Positions 1 through 8,284 are shown, counted from the first letter of the stretch. The stretch: DNA of 64,000 nt from Candidatus Magasanikiibacteriota bacterium (GCA_003518365.1 DOYU01000021.1:492-64491), one strand, 5' to 3'. Translations and numbers: made by a program. The notes: a model not told the origin generated them from the sequence alone.

Positions 1-348
1 TCCGTCAACTGCACTTGTATCAATATCGTCATCACTTTGGGAAGCAACTGGTGGAGTCATGGCAGCAGCTGGTGCAGCACTGCGATATGCAGGGCCACGA
101 CCACCTTCTGGTTCATTGATCTTCAGATTAACGCGAGCGTTATTCTTTGCACCAACAATCTTCAAAAGTGTTCGAACTGATCGTGCGGTTTGACCTTGGC
201 GACCGATGACGTATGCCATGTCGCTAGGATCGACGTCGAGAGTGATGAGCACACCACGCTCATCAACGGTGCGAGTTGCCTTCACTTTGTCTGGGTTGTT
301 GACAATAGCTTTGACGACGTAATCCACAAAAGATTGATCTTGTTCCAT
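1..348 (-). CDS. KH-domain RNA-binding protein (YlqC/UPF0109-like); C-terminus runs off the window edge
   Basis: Not in the ORF track because it is open at the window edge. My reverse-strand translation from ATG 348-346 gives MEQDQSFVDYVVKAIVNNPDKVKATRTVDERGVLITLDVDPSDMAYVIGRQGQTARSVRTLLKIVGAKNNARVNLKI..., with the KH GxxG loop (IGRQGQTA). It sits directly downstream of rpsP, the conserved position. Confidence 0.8.
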   Translation of the reverse strand, partial: MEQDQSFVDYVVKAIVNNPDKVKATRTVDERGVLITLDVDPSDMAYVIGRQGQTARSVRTLLKIVGAKNNARVNLKINEPEGGRGPAYRSAAPAAAMTPPVASQSDDDIDTSAVDG

Positions 349-427
349 AGAATTCGTTTCAGAATGTAAATTTGTGAAGAACTGTCGACATTTCCCGAGC
401 ATATCGGGCCAGTTCTATCGTGAGAGT

Positions 428-456
428 AGTATATACAGATGGGTGGATTTTGTCAA
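428..456 (-). promoter_or_regulatory. Candidate sigma70-type promoter for the KH gene (TTGACA-17-TATACT)
   Basis: On the reverse strand, TTGACA (456-451), a 17-nt spacer, then TATACT (433-428). Located just after the rpsP terminator. Confidence 0.45.
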
Positions 457-462
457 TGTCAT

Positions 463-495
463 AAAAAAGACACACCTCACGGCATGTCTTTTTTA
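463..495 (-). terminator. Intrinsic terminator after rpsP (bidirectional shape)
   Basis: AAGACA...TGTCTT stem flanked by an A-run and a T-run, 14 nt downstream of the rpsP stop codon. Confidence 0.5.
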
Positions 496-508
496 TTATT
501 TCAAAATA

Positions 509-1021
509 TTACTCTGCTTTCTTTTCTTCTTCAGCTGGAGTTTCCTCAGCAGCAAGAGCTTCCTCTGCCTTTGGCTCTTCAACAGCTGCAGGAGCTTCAC
601 TTGCAGCTGCCTCCGCAGCCTTTGCTGCTTCTTCAGCTTCTCGTGCTGCTTGTTCTTCCGCTTCCTTCGCTGCTTTTGCAGCTTCTTCTGCCTTGCGTTT
701 TGCTTCTACGGCAGCATTTTTTACTGCATCGATCTTTCCTTGTCGTTTCTGTGAGATACTGACTGCTTTCTTTTTGTCGCCAGTCAAAATTCCTTCGCGA
801 ACAAACAAGTTGTGCACGGCTTCTGATGGAGTCGCACCTTGTGCGAGCCAGTGCTTGATGCGATCTGTATTGAGTGATACTACTTTTGGATTTGCGACAG
901 GGTTGTAGTTGCCGAGAATCTCGAGCGCACGTCCCTGTGTGTCGCGAGCATTTTCTGAGATCACCAATCGGTAACTAGGTGATTTTTTTCTTCCGATGCG
1001 TTGAAATCTAATACTAAGCAT
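509..1021 (-). CDS. rpsP: 30S ribosomal protein S16 with a long Lys/Ala/Glu-rich C-terminal tail
   Basis: MLSIRFQRIGRKKSPSYRLVISENARDTQGRALEILGNYNP is the S16 core. I start at the internal ATG at 1021, not the track start at 1054. About 80 aa of KAE-rich low-complexity tail follow the core. Confidence 0.9.
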   Translation of the reverse strand: MLSIRFQRIGRKKSPSYRLVISENARDTQGRALEILGNYNPVANPKVVSLNTDRIKHWLAQGATPSEAVHNLFVREGILTGDKKKAVSISQKRQGKIDAVKNAAVEAKRKAEEAAKAAKEAEEQAAREAEEAAKAAEAAASEAPAAVEEPKAEEALAAEETPAEEEKKAE

Positions 1022-1146
1022 AATGTCATTAAATGATGTAAACAATCCAATCAACGCAACAACAAACTGTTAGTTGTTAAAAGTTAATTGTTACTTGATT
1101 TGAGAGCAAAATTCTGGTTTCCCAGAGGTTTTTCGTGATGTTGGCG

Positions 1147-1175
1147 AGTATACAGGAAAGCTCTTCAGCTGTCAA
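1147..1175 (-). promoter_or_regulatory. Candidate promoter for rpsP (TTGACA-17-TATACT)
   Basis: On the reverse strand, TTGACA (1175-1170), a 17-nt spacer, then TATACT (1152-1147). This leaves a leader of about 120 nt before rpsP. Confidence 0.45.
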
Positions 1176-1181
1176 TACCAT

Positions 1182-4100
1182 CTAGGACGATGCCTTCTCT
1201 ACCACCTTCTCTGCTTCTCCGAGCTTCACAGAAAGCAGCCGACTCATCCCATCATTTCCCATCGTGACGCCATAGAGCGCGTCTGCTGCGTGCATACTCA
1301 CACGATTGTGTGTGATGAGGATAAACTGTGACTCGGTTGCAAGCTCTTGCAAGATATTCGTAAAGCGGAGTGTGTTTGCTTCGTCGAGGGCAGCCTCGAC
1401 TTCATCGAGAAAGACAAATGGTGATGGATTGGTGCGAAGAATCGCACACACAAGAGCAATCGATACCATGGTTCGCTCTCCTCCAGAAAGTGACTGAATA
1501 TTTTTAATTTTCTTGCCAGGTGGATTTGCCTTGACATCAATCCCCTGCAAAATTTCTTTGCCGCGCTTTTTCCGCCGACTCTTTGCGTCATCCTCGTCAT
1601 CAAGAAGATCATCTTCAACAAGAAGTGCTTCTTCATCGGTTTCATCTAAGGCGGATCCGCCTTGGGCGGATTCTTCCCCATATATCTCAATTAAATCCGC
1701 TTCCCCACCTTCAAACAGCGTCGTAAAATAGCGCTTGAATTCTGTCTTGATTTGTTTGAATGCCTTTTTTCGTTTTTTTCTCATCATTTCATCGAGCTCG
1801 GCAATAAGTGTTTCCAAATCTTTTGCCGTCTTTGTCAGATCATCGAGCTGCAACGATAAATGACTGTGTCGCGTTTTTGTTTCTTCATATTCATCCATGA
1901 CTTCCTGATCAATGCCGCCGATGAGCGACAATTTGTATTTCAATTTATCTATTTCTGCTTGCACTGCTTCGAGCCTATCCATCGTAAGCATAGTCTCAAC
2001 ACGATTCATCACTTCGCCGAGCGACATGTGGAGCTCGTGATAGATTTCTTCTTCGAGATCTTCCATCTTTGTTTCGAGCTTTGCAATCTCGACTTGGAGC
2101 GTATTGCGCTGTTCAGAGATACCATTAAGTGATGTCTGCACGCCTTGCATCTCATCCTGGAGTGCAAACACTCGTTTTCGTTTCTTTTCTTCTTCTGCAT
2201 TGAATGCATCGATCTTTGCTTGTGCTACGGCAAGTTCTTTTTCGACTGTTTCAATATCGTCATCCAGGGCATCCCGTTCTTGCTGAAGTTTTTTCATTGC
2301 AGCATCATAATCTCCTTCACTCATTGATGAGAGAGACAACTCTTGTTCAAACCCTGCTTTTTCTTTATCTATCTCATGCTTTTGCGATTCGAGAAGCTCT
2401 CGTTTGTTTGTGCGCTTGCCAATCTCTGCTTCGAGTGTTCGCAATGTTTCGTCTTCTTGTCGATGAACAGAGGTAAGCGCCGTAAGTTTGTGGTCAAGAG
2501 AAAGCAGTTCTTCTTTTATTTCTTCTTCATTATATTTTGCTCCATACATGGATTCTTGTGAAAAGCTCAGTCCCGTACTCTTTTGTTTTCGATAGCCACC
2601 TTTCATGCTGCCGCTCTTTTCGAGGATATCTCCATCGAGCGTGACCATGCGCACACGTCCGACACCAATCTCACGAGCAGTCTCGATATCTTCGACAATC
2701 AGCGTATCGCCAAGCACGTACGAAAAAATCTCTTCAAACTTTTCATCATATGTCACAATATCGAGCGCAAGACCAATCACGCCCTTCCTTCCAAGATAGC
2801 TTTCGATATCGTGTGAAATATGTCTCCCACGAATTTTTGTCAGTGGAAGAAATGTTGCATAACCAAGTTTACTTTCACGAAGATATCTGATGCAGCTTTC
2901 TGCCACTCGTTCATCTTCGACAACAATTGACGTCAGGTGCGCGCCTGCTGCGATATCGAGTGCAAGCTGATATTCTGCTGCAACGCGACCAAGCTGCGCC
3001 ACAGCGCCAGACACACCACCAAATCGACGGCGTTCAGACAGAATCGCTTCCACTGCACGCAGTCCCGTGTATTGGAAGACCGACGTTTGGGTTTCTGCCT
3101 CACGGAGCATGCGTTCGAGGTCCTGTTTTTTCCGATGCAATTCTTGTATGTCGAGAGACACCTCTTGCACTTTTTTTATCGCAGACATGCGCTTTTGTAC
3201 AAAGTCTGTTTCTTCTTTTTGTATACGAGCGATCTCATCAGCAAGAGTCGCCACTTTCGTATCCACGTCATCACGCTTTTGCTCAAGCCATCCGATATTT
3301 TGCTTGCCGGCTTGGCTATAGGCTGTCTGCATCCGACCGGAGAGAATTGCTCGTTCACGTTCGAGTTCATTCTTTTTTTTCTGTACATCACTATATGCGC
3401 GCTGCAACTCTGCAAAAACATCTTCACGCGATGCACCTTGCGCCAGGGTCGCAAGTTCTGTCTGAATTTCTGACAACGAACGACTCAGGTCATCGTATGT
3501 TTTTTGGATGCCAAACAAATCACTCCGTCCTTTTTCAAGTGCACTGTGATAATGCCCGCCCAAAGTGACATAGTATCCTTCTTGCAATTCGCGCAGCGCG
3601 ATTTCCACTTCTTTCCGCTGTTCAAGTTTTTTTACTTGTCGAGACAAGGCCTTCAATCGTGGCGTAATTTCGTTCAACAAGAGGGATGCCTGATCAATAT
3701 GTTCCTTACTTTTTCGAAGTTTGAGAAATGATTGGTGTCGCTTAATTTGAAATTCTTTGATGCCAGCCGCTTCGTCAAAAAATGCTTTTCGCTCTGAAGG
3801 AGATTGGAGCAGCATGCGATCGATCGTCCCCTGCCCGATGACGCTGTAAGAACCATGAGCAAACTGCGCTTTTGCTAATAAAATCTGAAGATCAATAAGA
3901 CGAACAGTGCCGCCATTGACCAGATACTCGCTCTCGCCAGAACGATAAAGGTTTCGCGTAATGATCAAATCTTCGTATTCTATTGGCGCGCTGTGATCAC
4001 TATTGTCAAAGTGTAAGCTCACGCTCGCCACACTCATTTGTCCCTTGGTGGCAGACCCGGCAAAAATCACGTCCGCCGTCTTTTTTCCTCGCAATTGCTT

Positions 4101-4277
4101 CACACTCTGCTCACCCAGCACCCACCGAATCGCGTCTGAGATATTGCTCTTGCCACTCCCATTTGGCCCCACGATTGCCGTAATACTTTGGCGGTCTTTA
4201 TATGGCGGCAAAAAAGATACCGTTGTCTTATCAGCAAAGGATTTGAAGCCGTGGAGTTCGATGGATTTGAGATGCAT
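1182..4277 (-). CDS. smc: Chromosome segregation protein SMC
   Basis: N-terminal Walker A (GPNGSGKSN), long coiled-coil arms, hinge, C-terminal LSGGE signature and Walker B (FVFLDEVEAALD). Start moved to ATG 4277 (MHLKSIELHGFKSF), which removes 70 unlikely N-terminal residues. Confidence 0.92.
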   Translation of the reverse strand: MHLKSIELHGFKSFADKTTVSFLPPYKDRQSITAIVGPNGSGKSNISDAIRWVLGEQSVKQLRGKKTADVIFAGSATKGQMSVASVSLHFDNSDHSAPIEYEDLIITRNLYRSGESEYLVNGGTVRLIDLQILLAKAQFAHGSYSVIGQGTIDRMLLQSPSERKAFFDEAAGIKEFQIKRHQSFLKLRKSKEHIDQASLLLNEITPRLKALSRQVKKLEQRKEVEIALRELQEGYYVTLGGHYHSALEKGRSDLFGIQKTYDDLSRSLSEIQTELATLAQGASREDVFAELQRAYSDVQKKKNELERERAILSGRMQTAYSQAGKQNIGWLEQKRDDVDTKVATLADEIARIQKEETDFVQKRMSAIKKVQEVSLDIQELHRKKQDLERMLREAETQTSVFQYTGLRAVEAILSERRRFGGVSGAVAQLGRVAAEYQLALDIAAGAHLTSIVVEDERVAESCIRYLRESKLGYATFLPLTKIRGRHISHDIESYLGRKGVIGLALDIVTYDEKFEEIFSYVLGDTLIVEDIETAREIGVGRVRMVTLDGDILEKSGSMKGGYRKQKSTGLSFSQESMYGAKYNEEEIKEELLSLDHKLTALTSVHRQEDETLRTLEAEIGKRTNKRELLESQKHEIDKEKAGFEQELSLSSMSEGDYDAAMKKLQQERDALDDDIETVEKELAVAQAKIDAFNAEEEKKRKRVFALQDEMQGVQTSLNGISEQRNTLQVEIAKLETKMEDLEEEIYHELHMSLGEVMNRVETMLTMDRLEAVQAEIDKLKYKLSLIGGIDQEVMDEYEETKTRHSHLSLQLDDLTKTAKDLETLIAELDEMMRKKRKKAFKQIKTEFKRYFTTLFEGGEADLIEIYGEESAQGGSALDETDEEALLVEDDLLDDEDDAKSRRKKRGKEILQGIDVKANPPGKKIKNIQSLSGGERTMVSIALVCAILRTNPSPFVFLDEVEAALDEANTLRFTNILQELATESQFILITHNRVSMHAADALYGVTMGNDGMSRLLSVKLGEAEKVVEKASS

Positions 4278-4370
4278 GTTTTCGGGACTAGAAGCTAGAA
4301 ACTGGACACTAGGGACAGAATCGCAAATATGGGATAATAATATCATATTTTGGGAGAGAGGAACAAGGTA

Positions 4371-4399
4371 TTGACATTTTTTAGAAAATACGGTAGAGT
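4371..4399 (+). promoter_or_regulatory. Candidate promoter for the DHH phosphoesterase gene (TTGACA-17-TAGAGT)
   Basis: TTGACA 4371-4376, 17-nt spacer, TAGAGT 4394-4399. About 80 nt upstream of ATG 4481. Confidence 0.45.
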
Positions 4400-4480
4400 C
4401 ATCGGCTTGTCTTTCTTCGCTCACGTATTTATAGTAAAAGGACGCAGTAACGAATTCCTCGTCACAAAGTCCAAACATAT

Positions 4481-5491
4481 ATGCCAAAACGGGTAGCCAC
4501 CCACATTTTCAAGGCCATCCAGGCAGCGAGAAAGATTCTCCTTGTGTCTCACAAAAATCCTGACGGAGACACGCTCGGATCTCTTGCTGCAATGATGCAA
4601 TACCTTCGCCATATCGAAAAACCACATGTGGCATTTTGTGCTACCGATATTTCTCCGTCACTGATGTTTTTGCCACACATCGACTATGTGACGCATACAC
4701 CGACCGTGTGGGATGATAAAGATATTGATCTCGTGATTGTATTTGATTCATCCAGTCCAGACTATGCTGGGGTAGAACACTTGCTCCCGATTATGAAAGA
4801 ACGTGGTGCACAGATCGCAAATATCGATCATCACAATACCAATCTTCAATATGGAGATTTCAACCTCGTCTTGCCAAAAGCAAGCTCAACGACAGAAATT
4901 GTCCATGACTTTTTTGCGCACAATAAAATAACCATCACACCAGCAATGGCAACATGCCTGCTCACTGGTATCATTACGGATACGGGGAATTTCACCAATG
5001 CAGCGACCACAAAACACTCGATGAATATTGCAAGCAAACTGATTGAAAAAGGCGGCAACATGGCACTCATTCAAGGATGGGTCCTGAAAGATAAGACTAT
5101 CAATGGACTCAAACTCTGGGGCACCGTACTCAGCAGAATGGCGCATCATGAAAAACTAGACATTGTCTACACGTATGTCACAAAAGAAGATATAGCAAAA
5201 CACGGCGTGACCGAACACGAAGTAGAAGGTATTGCAAACTTTATGAATAATATCAAAGATGGACGTGCTGGCATGATTCTAAAGGAAACAGAAGACGGCA
5301 ATTTCAAAGGGAGTTTTCGTACCACACATGATCATGTCGACGTCTCAGCTTTTGCAAAACTCTTTGGTGGCGGTGGACACAAAAAAGCAGCAGGCTTTTC
5401 TGTAGAAGGACCTATCGAACATGCACTCGAACATATCTTCGAAAAAATTCATCTTTTTGAGAATGGCGAACTTGCACTTGCTGAGGTGTAA
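4481..5491 (+). CDS. DHH/DHHA1 family phosphoesterase (NrnA-like oligoribonuclease / pAp phosphatase)
   Basis: Motifs HKNPDGDTLGS, DHH (NIDHHNTN) and the DHHA1 motif GGGGHKKAAGF. Confidence 0.85.
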   Translation: MPKRVATHIFKAIQAARKILLVSHKNPDGDTLGSLAAMMQYLRHIEKPHVAFCATDISPSLMFLPHIDYVTHTPTVWDDKDIDLVIVFDSSSPDYAGVEHLLPIMKERGAQIANIDHHNTNLQYGDFNLVLPKASSTTEIVHDFFAHNKITITPAMATCLLTGIITDTGNFTNAATTKHSMNIASKLIEKGGNMALIQGWVLKDKTINGLKLWGTVLSRMAHHEKLDIVYTYVTKEDIAKHGVTEHEVEGIANFMNNIKDGRAGMILKETEDGNFKGSFRTTHDHVDVSAFAKLFGGGGHKKAAGFSVEGPIEHALEHIFEKIHLFENGELALAEV

Positions 5492-5502
5492 CCATAAAAA
5501 CT

Positions 5503-5596
5503 CTCCCCCTAGTAGGGGGAGTTGGAGGGGGTTACCGCAGAAGCAAGAATAGTGGTAGTCCATAACCCCACCTTAATCCTCCCCTAGTAGGGGAGG
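5503..5596. repeat. Cluster of G/C-tract hairpins (CTCCCCCTAGTAGGGGGAG ... GGGGTTA/TAACCCC ... CCTCCCCTAGTAGGGGAGG)
   Basis: Two near-identical 19-nt perfect palindromes at 5503-5521 and 5578-5596 bracket a third inverted pair. Located in the 3' intergenic region after the DHH gene. Confidence 0.6.
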
Positions 5597-5610
5597 AAAT
5601 AATAAAAAAA

Positions 5611-5640
5611 CAACTCACAAAAAATGTGAGCTGTTTTTTT
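5611..5640. terminator. Bidirectional intrinsic terminator
   Basis: CAACTCACA-aaaaa-TGTGAGCTG stem with an A-run before and TTTTTTT after. It lies between convergent genes. Confidence 0.6.
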
Positions 5641-5776
5641 ATTTCAAAAGGTTTCGTCTTTTGTCTTATGCTGAGAAGACTCATCAGTCCAGATATCATC
5701 TGAAAACCTCAATGCGACCCTGCAACACGATACCGAAGCATCGTGGCAGAGTCGCTGCAAGAGAACGTGGGAGGCA

Positions 5777-6274
5777 CTAGTACAGGTAGCGCACCACCTC
5801 GAACGTCTCAATTGCGCCTGGTTGCGGCGCAATCGGGACGAACGCCGAGATGTGCACGCCACCTTCCAGCCCGTCGACTTGGAAGACGTAGTCTTCCGTG
5901 TCCATGGTGAGGAACGCCCCACCGTAGACACCACCGTCGCCGGTGACGCCGAAGACCTCGATCTCGAAGATCATTCCGGCGTAGACCTGTACGGGGATCT
6001 CGCCGACGAACTCGTACTCGAACAGCGCGATGTCCGGATCGATGGGATCCCAGACCTGTTGCGCAAAGCCTGCCTCGTCCACCACGGTCAGCCGACAGAC
6101 CGAGATGCACTCGACCCACGCCAAGGGCGGGGTGATGGTCTCATCGCTCGGCGTCGTCGTGTCCACCTGCTCGGGGCAGGCGGCCTGGACGGGCGCGAGG
6201 GTGTCGGAGTCGCAGGCGGCGGCGAGGGTCAGGGTCAGGGTCAGGGCGATGGTGGCGACGAAGAAGCTACGCAT
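5777..6274 (-). CDS. GC-rich predicted lipoprotein, paralog A (divergent)
   Basis: Start at ATG 6274 with GGAGG 6-7 nt upstream. Signal peptide plus lipobox: MRSFFVATIALTLTLTLAAAC. A sampled line is 62% GC. No recognisable family. Confidence 0.6.
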   Translation of the reverse strand: MRSFFVATIALTLTLTLAAACDSDTLAPVQAACPEQVDTTTPSDETITPPLAWVECISVCRLTVVDEAGFAQQVWDPIDPDIALFEYEFVGEIPVQVYAGMIFEIEVFGVTGDGGVYGGAFLTMDTEDYVFQVDGLEGGVHISAFVPIAPQPGAIETFEVVRYLY

Positions 6275-6423
6275 CGGAATCCTCCGGTGATGCGGTCTCA
6301 CGATGTACTTTACTACAGCATTTCTGCAGCAAGCACGATCGAATGAACCGCACCACCAACATGTTCTCTTGCATTGTAAAAAGCATGTCAAAAGAGGTAC
6401 TTGTGTCCTATTTTGAACGGCTG

Positions 6424-6452
6424 AATATAACATAAAAACACACTTTTGTCAA
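6424..6452 (-). promoter_or_regulatory. Candidate promoter for lipoprotein A (TTGACA-17-TATATT)
   Basis: On the reverse strand, TTGACA (6452-6447), a 17-nt spacer, then TATATT (6429-6424). Confidence 0.45.
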
Positions 6453-6461
6453 GTGTATAAC

Positions 6462-6553
6462 TAAAAAAATTGCCTTATGTTAGCAATTTTCTTCTTTTTT
6501 AGAAGTTTGCAAACAGTCGACGCAGCGCACTCCGAAGAGCGCGCCGCGTCGAC
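6462..6553 (-). terminator. Compound 3' element of lipoprotein B: GC hairpin with a CTC-TTCG-GAG apex, then an AT hairpin with a T-run
   Basis: GTCGACGC...GCGCGCTCTTCGGAGTGCGC...GCGTCGAC (6516-6553), followed on the reverse strand by AATTGC...GCAATT and TTTTTTT (6462-6489). The same architecture is repeated after lipoprotein C. Confidence 0.55.
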
Positions 6554-6565
6554 CGCGAAGAAAGA

Positions 6566-7099
6566 TCAGATGCCGTCTTGCCATCCGGGGTCGTAGACCA
6601 CTTGAATGGTGTACCTGCTCCCAGGTGTCCAGTCGTAGATGGGAAATCTCAGCTTTGGTGAGGTCTCGACACCATCATTGACTCGCAGGAGAAATTTGAA
6701 CATGAGGTTGTGGGACACGAGTTCGAGTGTCACACCGCCATTCATAGGGGGCGCGACCATCAGCTCGACCTCGATCTCTGCACCTTCAAGGAGCTGAAAA
6801 TCGAAGATCTCGTTACTCGCGAGATACTCATCGAGCGTAGGTCCCTCTTCATCACTCACATAGTACTCTCCATGAAAGAACCAAATGGGAGCGACCTCCC
6901 CATCCGGCAGGGTGACCGTCACCTTCCACACACCATTGGCCCAGAGAGAAGCGAAGGCTCCTTCTCCACCATAATGAAAGGTGATGCTTGGCTCAGAGGA
7001 ATCTTCCTCCTGCGGAATTTCCACATCTGGAAGGATGGTGGTGTCACAGCCGCCAGAGCTGTAGACGAAACCGAACAGAGCGAGAAAGATAAGTGCGTG
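6566..7099 (-). CDS. GC-rich predicted lipoprotein, paralog B
   Basis: Start at ATG 7099 (MHALIFLALFGFVYSSGGC, lipobox Cys) with GAGGT upstream. Clearly paralogous to 7377..7895: LDEYLASNEIFDFQLLEGAEIEVELMVAPPMNGG versus LDGYLAENEFLDFELTEGQTIHVELIESPPENGA. Confidence 0.65.
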   Translation of the reverse strand, partial: HALIFLALFGFVYSSGGCDTTILPDVEIPQEEDSSEPSITFHYGGEGAFASLWANGVWKVTVTLPDGEVAPIWFFHGEYYVSDEEGPTLDEYLASNEIFDFQLLEGAEIEVELMVAPPMNGGVTLELVSHNLMFKFLLRVNDGVETSPKLRFPIYDWTPGSRYTIQVVYDPGWQDGI

Positions 7100-7194
7100 C
7101 ATGAAATACCTCAGTGTGAATGCGACCATTCGTCAACGTACGGGACCACCCCGCACGTAAACGTATCAATCACATCCACATGACGTTGATCTTT

Positions 7195-7218
7195 CAAACG
7201 TATGATACCATACGTTTG
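7195..7218. promoter_or_regulatory. Perfect 10-4-10 palindrome CAAACGTATG-ATAC-CATACGTTTG at the predicted 5' end of the lipoprotein B transcript
   Basis: Read directly from the sequence. It lies about 10 nt downstream of the candidate -10 box, which is an operator-like or 5' stem-loop position. Confidence 0.4.
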
Positions 7219-7225
7219 ACAGTAA

Positions 7226-7253
7226 AAAATAGCAGAAAAAACAATTTTGTCAA
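7226..7253 (-). promoter_or_regulatory. Candidate promoter for lipoprotein B (TTGACA-16-TATTTT; weak -10)
   Basis: On the reverse strand, TTGACA (7253-7248). The surrounding about 50 nt (ttttgtcaagtgt..aaaaaattgcct.at.ttagcaatt) is conserved with 6440-6490. Confidence 0.3.
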
Positions 7254-7262
7254 GTGTCCAAA

Positions 7263-7363
7263 TAAAAAATTGCCTCATATTAGCAATTTCAAATATTTTT
7301 CAAAAGTGAAGCGAAGCGGCCGGCGCAGCGCTGCAACTCCGAAGAGTGCGCGCCACGCCGGTC
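7263..7363 (-). terminator. Compound 3' element of lipoprotein C (GC hairpin with CTC-TTCG-GAG apex, then AT hairpin with T-run)
   Basis: GGCCGGCG...CTCCGAAGAG...CGCCGGTC (7318-7363) and AATTGC..GCAATT plus a T-run (7263-7289). Same design as 6462-6553. Confidence 0.55.
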
Positions 7364-7376
7364 GCAAGGTGAGAGA

Positions 7377-7895
7377 TCAGGAGCAGGTGCCGTCCGGCAC
7401 GAGCTCCACGAAGTAGGCACGAGGTTCACCCACCGATGTGTAGATGGGCAGATAACACGTGGGCACTCCCCGGTTATTCGTGAACTGATACGCCTGTTGA
7501 TGGGAGACCAAGGTCATCTGCTCGGCACCATTCTCTGGTGGAGATTCGATGAGCTCGACATGGATGGTCTGTCCCTCTGTCAGCTCAAAATCCAGGAACT
7601 CATTCTCCGCCAGGTAGCCATCCAGCTTCCCGGCATCTTCATCAAGGACTTCGTACGGTCCAAGAGAGCGCCAAATCGAAGCAGCAGACCCGTCCGGATT
7701 AAGAACGCTGATCTCGCAGGCTCCTCGGCACCAAAAGGTTCCAAAGTTCTTCTCTCCGAGGTCATGCACTACAACTTTTGCGCCGTCTGCCTTCCCGACC
7801 TTTGGTGTGTCGGATATGCCCTCAATGTCCACATCGCAACCACCAATGAAGATGGCGACCAGCGCAAGAATCATGGTGATAATCGTGAGATGCAT
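7377..7895 (-). CDS. GC-rich predicted lipoprotein, paralog C
   Basis: Start at ATG 7895 with GGAGG 5 nt upstream. MHLTIITMILALVAIFIGGC gives a signal peptide and lipobox. Paralog of 6566..7099. Confidence 0.65.
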   Translation of the reverse strand: MHLTIITMILALVAIFIGGCDVDIEGISDTPKVGKADGAKVVVHDLGEKNFGTFWCRGACEISVLNPDGSAASIWRSLGPYEVLDEDAGKLDGYLAENEFLDFELTEGQTIHVELIESPPENGAEQMTLVSHQQAYQFTNNRGVPTCYLPIYTSVGEPRAYFVELVPDGTCS

Positions 7896-8007
7896 CGCGT
7901 CCTCCATAGAAGTATGAATACGACCATTCGTCAGCGTACGGGACCACCCCGAACACAAACGTATCTGCCGCATCCATACTTCTGTGATCTCTCAAAAATA
8001 TCATATC

Positions 8008-8032
8008 AAACTAGGAGTATTTTTCCTAGTTT
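8008..8032. promoter_or_regulatory. Inverted repeat AAACTAGGA-N7-TCCTAGTTT at the predicted 5' end of the lipoprotein C transcript
   Basis: 9-bp perfect arms, located just downstream of the candidate promoter at 8042-8070. Same position as the palindrome in the lipoprotein B leader, but a different sequence. Confidence 0.35.
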
Positions 8033-8041
8033 GAATAGATG

Positions 8042-8070
8042 AAGATAGCGTATTTTGCGACGTTTGTCAA
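8042..8070 (-). promoter_or_regulatory. Candidate promoter for lipoprotein C (TTGACA-17-TATCTT)
   Basis: On the reverse strand, TTGACA (8070-8065), a 17-nt spacer, then TATCTT (8047-8042). Confidence 0.4.
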
Positions 8071-8201
8071 TATATTAAATATCTGGCTGTATTGCTTACG
8101 CATGTTTCATTGTCAAATTGTTACATTGTTATATTGTTGATGATATTAAATAGATTGATATATGATAATTGTTATTTGCTATCTGAAATGTTAGCACTCT
8201 C

Positions 8202-8230
8202 TTGACAAGACTGATAATCTTCTCTATGCT
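8202..8230 (+). promoter_or_regulatory. Candidate promoter for clpP (TTGACA-17-TATGCT)
   Basis: TTGACA 8202-8207, 17-nt spacer, TATGCT 8225-8230. Confidence 0.45.
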
Positions 8231-8284
8231 ATACTTCTTTACATAATCTATTTCTAGTTACCAGTTACTGGTTCCTAGTCCCCT

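Noticed and set aside
1298-4374. Many 60-215 aa ORFs on both strands inside the smc gene (for example 2927..3568 +, 2937..3473 +, 4003..4374 +)
   Set aside because: They are fully nested in or antisense to a well-supported 1031-aa SMC reading frame, and lack start-site signals or recognisable motifs.
5644-8042. Long overlapping ORFs in the GC-rich segment (5644..5934, 5808..6119, 5822..6346, 6030..6290, 6710..7183, 7497..8042, 7580..7765)
   Set aside because: High GC suppresses stop codons in all frames. Only the chosen frames have GGAGG-type RBS, a signal peptide with lipobox, and mutual paralogy.
8100-8150. Short tandem ATTGTTA-like repeats (attgttacattgttatattgttga) considered as a micro-array or CRISPR-like signal
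   Set aside because: There are only three degenerate 8-nt units with no spacers and no cas genes. This is ordinary AT-rich low-complexity promoter DNA.
8190-8200. TTAGCACTC upstream of clpP, identical to one half of the HrcA CIRCE operator (TTAGCACTC-N9-GAGTGCTAA)
   Set aside because: The second half-site GAGTGCTAA is absent at the required spacing, since the following sequence is tcttgacaagactgataat. A single 9-mer could be chance and overlaps the candidate -35 region.
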